DNA of 64,000 nt from an uncultured bacterium (lineage in GTDB: Bacteria; Babelota; Babeliae; Babelales; Babelaceae), in NCBI GenBank assembly GCA_963717435.1, contig OY970332.1, forward strand, positions 384,001-448,000, in the 5' to 3' direction. The notes below the pieces were generated by a model, which worked only from the letters and a program-made list of their open reading frames with translations, was not told where the DNA came from and ran no database searches. The position numbers and the translations under genes are program-made. Positions within the stretch are counted from its first letter, which is position 1. Every line of letters begins with the position of its first letter. Below, piece after piece: positions 61,381 through 64,000 of the stretch.

Positions 61381-61872
61381 ATGTTGAAAAAATTACTCTT
61401 ATTTGCGACAGTTTTTATTTCAGCACAAGTTTATGGTATGACTGGCAGCACTTGCTGTGAGTGCAACAAATTCTTTACTGACATAGACAAGTTTGAAAAA
61501 CACTTTGAATATACCTCAATTTGTTTCGAAAATTATGTCAAAAAAATGGAAAATCGGTTCGCTGATTGGTTTGGTCCAAACTCAAAAGAAGTGCAGGAAT
61601 TTCGACAAAATATTGAAAACTATAAGAAAGACCCTAGTCAAAAGAGGACTGGCGGTACCTGCTGCGAGTGCAACAAAAAATTTGCTGACAACGACAAATG
61701 GGCAAAACACTTTGAATACCCATCGATTTGTTCCGAAAATTATCTCAAAAGAATGGAAATTTTGATAGTAGATAATTGGGATCCAAATTCACAATATATG
61801 CGGGAGTTTCGACAAGATATTGAAAACAAAAAGAAAGCCTACAATCAACAAAAAGAAAGTAGTAAAAATTAA
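61381..61872 (+). CDS. Secreted protein with two C2H2/C2HC-like zinc-finger repeats
   Basis: CCECNKFF.....F..H......C present twice; signal then MTGS. Confidence 0.7.
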   Translation: MLKKLLLFATVFISAQVYGMTGSTCCECNKFFTDIDKFEKHFEYTSICFENYVKKMENRFADWFGPNSKEVQEFRQNIENYKKDPSQKRTGGTCCECNKKFADNDKWAKHFEYPSICSENYLKRMEILIVDNWDPNSQYMREFRQDIENKKKAYNQQKESSKN

Positions 61873-61924
61873 GTAAAAAAGAGAGATTAGTAAAAAAGCA
61901 TGTTTAAAGAGGGAGTAGTAAGGC

Positions 61925-62524
61925 ATGTATTTTTCATCAAAAGGGTCAAGATTATATCTTAATCTAATTTCACGCCCTAAATATATTTGGTATTTGTTAA
62001 CGGCAAGCGTCTGTTTATTGTTTTTTTCTTGTTGGTGGGTATTTTTAAATAAGCCCTTAAATAAAATAATTAAATCACAAGCGACAATTCTTAATAATCT
62101 AAAATCTGAATCTGATAAAAACGGGGATAATGGTGCTAGCGAAAATAATATAGATAATAGCGGGCCCGTTAATAATTTTGAAAAAAGAAACTTGCAAGAA
62201 AGATTGGCCAGACTTAAGGCAGAATTTAAAAATCTTTCTGGCATAGATAATATAGTCAAAATTATAGAAGAAGCTTCAAAATCTGGGTTAAAAGTTAAAT
62301 TATTTGATTTTAAGCCGGAACTTAAAAAAACTTGGTACTCAAAATATATTTTCGAATTAGATATTATTGGAAACTTTGAGAATTTAACAAAGTTTATGGA
62401 AAAAATTAACGATCCAAAGTTTAGGTTAAAATTTTTCGATTTTGTTGCAAAACAAACTACAAATGGGTTAATAAATTTAAAAATGACAATCCAAATGTTG
62501 GACCTAAAAAATGAAAAATCTTAA
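61925..62524 (+). CDS. PilO-like type IV pilus/T2SS inner-membrane protein
   Basis: TM, coiled coil, I.E.ASKSGL....F.P......Y....ELDIIGNF.NL.KFM..I. Confidence 0.65.
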   Translation: MYFSSKGSRLYLNLISRPKYIWYLLTASVCLLFFSCWWVFLNKPLNKIIKSQATILNNLKSESDKNGDNGASENNIDNSGPVNNFEKRNLQERLARLKAEFKNLSGIDNIVKIIEEASKSGLKVKLFDFKPELKKTWYSKYIFELDIIGNFENLTKFMEKINDPKFRLKFFDFVAKQTTNGLINLKMTIQMLDLKNEKS

Positions 62525-62753
62525 TCTTGTATTTATAATTTCGATCTTATTCTCTTTAAATTCAAAAGCATCAAATCTAAAAACAGGTCGTGATCCATTT
62601 CAATTTCAACAATATATGGCGCCAACTGGGCCGCGATATAGCATAGTCGGATATGGCAAATCTGGTGACGGAACAAGATTTGTTATTGTTAACACTGGCA
62701 TGAGGACAGAAACAATAACCGAAGATGATCCTAACTGGAGTTTATATTCTTAA
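62511..62753 (+). CDS. Short PilP-like exported protein
   Basis: Signal peptide, RDPF motif, overlaps the pilO-like stop. Confidence 0.5.
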   Translation: MKNLNLVFIISILFSLNSKASNLKTGRDPFQFQQYMAPTGPRYSIVGYGKSGDGTRFVIVNTGMRTETITEDDPNWSLYS

Positions 62754-63082
62754 ACTAAGTTAAATTAATTATGCAAAAAAAATTTTAAAAGAAAAAGCCC
62801 TTCAACTTAGGACAAGCTGAAGGGTTAGGGGGTGAACAACACTATGACGTATTGCTCGTTTAGGGACGTTTTAAAATTTTTTAACTGCTCATGATCGTAA
62901 CAGCCCAAGAACCAGTTGTCAAGATAAAGCAGGGTCTTATATTTTTGGTGCTGGATTACAGAGTTATTAGAGATAAAAAAGCTTAATAAATATTATTCAA
63001 ATTAAAATATTGACTTGTGGCAACCCGAAATATGAAACTCTAATTAATAAAAACTATTTAAATAAAAAAGCGAAAGCTTCTT

Positions 63083-64000
63083 ATGATGCCAGAAGTAAAA
63101 ATTAAAAGTTATATAAGCCCCAGTTATCAATTTGTTAATATGGCGCTGAGCTTCATGATCTTAATATTTTCTATGTTTTATGGAATTCAAAACGACGTTA
63201 TAACGGACGCGCAGCCTGAATTTTATCCACTTACTCCACAAAAAATTAGTGAATTTGGAGGGAATCCTGGAATAGTTAAAGTTGGCCTATCGATAAAAGA
63301 TTTTCCAGAATTTGATATGAACAAAGACAGCTTTATATTTGCAGGGCAGGTTTCATTTGAATTTGATCCCAGCTTGATATCGCTTGAAACATTGGGGAAA
63401 TTCTATTTTGAAAAGGGTGAAATTCTTTACCTGTCCGCACCAACTACCAAGCTTTTACAGGGAAAACTATTTGTTAAATATGATATACGTGTAAGATTCA
63501 CGACCAATTTAGACTATGAATATTTTCCCCTGGATAATCATAAGTTATATTTGATATTTTCAAACTTATCTTTATCCCCAAATGAAGTGATATTTGAATC
63601 TTCTTATAACAGGTTTATTATATCTGATAAAATACTAATCTCAGGGTGGATACAACCGATACGCAATGTGGTCAGTGGATACAACGTATCCTCTCTTGAT
63701 AAAGCGGACAGCACAAAAAACATATATACACCGCTCTTATTATTTTCGATGGAATATCAACGCCTGACAACCAGAAACGCTGTTACGATTTTCCTACCAC
63801 TTTTACTTTTATATTATATATCTCTGTTCTGTTTTTCTCTTGATCCTGAAAAACACTTAAGAACCATAATGTCACTAAACGGCGCAAACATAGCGGCCCT
63901 TTTGTCATACAGATTCGTTATTGAGAGCTTATCTCCAAAAGTGGGATACTTCATGCTTTCAGATTATATTTTCTTTTTGTTTTTGGGATGCTCATGCCTC
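63083..64000 (+). CDS. Prokaryotic pentameric ligand-gated ion channel-like protein (runs off window)
   Basis: Manual translation, open for 306 codons: VKVGL, LDYEYFPLDNHKL loop, GW, QR...IFLP (M1), LSPKVGYFMLSD (M2-M3). Confidence 0.7.
   Translation, partial: MMPEVKIKSYISPSYQFVNMALSFMILIFSMFYGIQNDVITDAQPEFYPLTPQKISEFGGNPGIVKVGLSIKDFPEFDMNKDSFIFAGQVSFEFDPSLISLETLGKFYFEKGEILYLSAPTTKLLQGKLFVKYDIRVRFTTNLDYEYFPLDNHKLYLIFSNLSLSPNEVIFESSYNRFIISDKILISGWIQPIRNVVSGYNVSSLDKADSTKNIYTPLLLFSMEYQRLTTRNAVTIFLPLLLLYYISLFCFSLDPEKHLRTIMSLNGANIAALLSYRFVIESLSPKVGYFMLSDYIFFLFLGCSCL

Overview
AT-rich bacterial chromosome segment. Its many short Sec-signal proteins, ankyrin repeats and eukaryote-like domains suggest an intracellular parasite of protists, most plausibly Candidatus Babeliae/Dependentiae (TM6); this is an inference and no search was run. 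Housekeeping genes are rpsA (5' end), deaD, leuS (broken by many indels, probably consensus errors), tkt, rluD, mgtE, tRNA-Lys, tRNA-Glu, arfB and pyrG. They flank a large accessory region that starts at tRNA-Glu. Main observations: (1) two paralogues carry a Sec signal, then a eukaryotic mitochondrial-presequence-like peptide, and a C-terminal TM segment; (2) about 14 secreted proteins have Met exactly at the predicted mature +1 position; (3) three tandem secreted proteins combine ubiquitin-like domains with a J-domain; (4) a ~6.3 kb element (serine recombinase, rolling-circle-type Rep, toxin-antitoxin pair) is integrated in tRNA-Glu, its recombinase C-terminus is split across the att sites, and an older att scar lies further on; (5) a modular, nested REP-like palindrome family has 11 copies, one translated in-frame inside transketolase; (6) there are secreted kinases, a secreted CYTH enzyme, a secreted zinc-finger protein and a prokaryotic pentameric ligand-gated ion channel at the window end.
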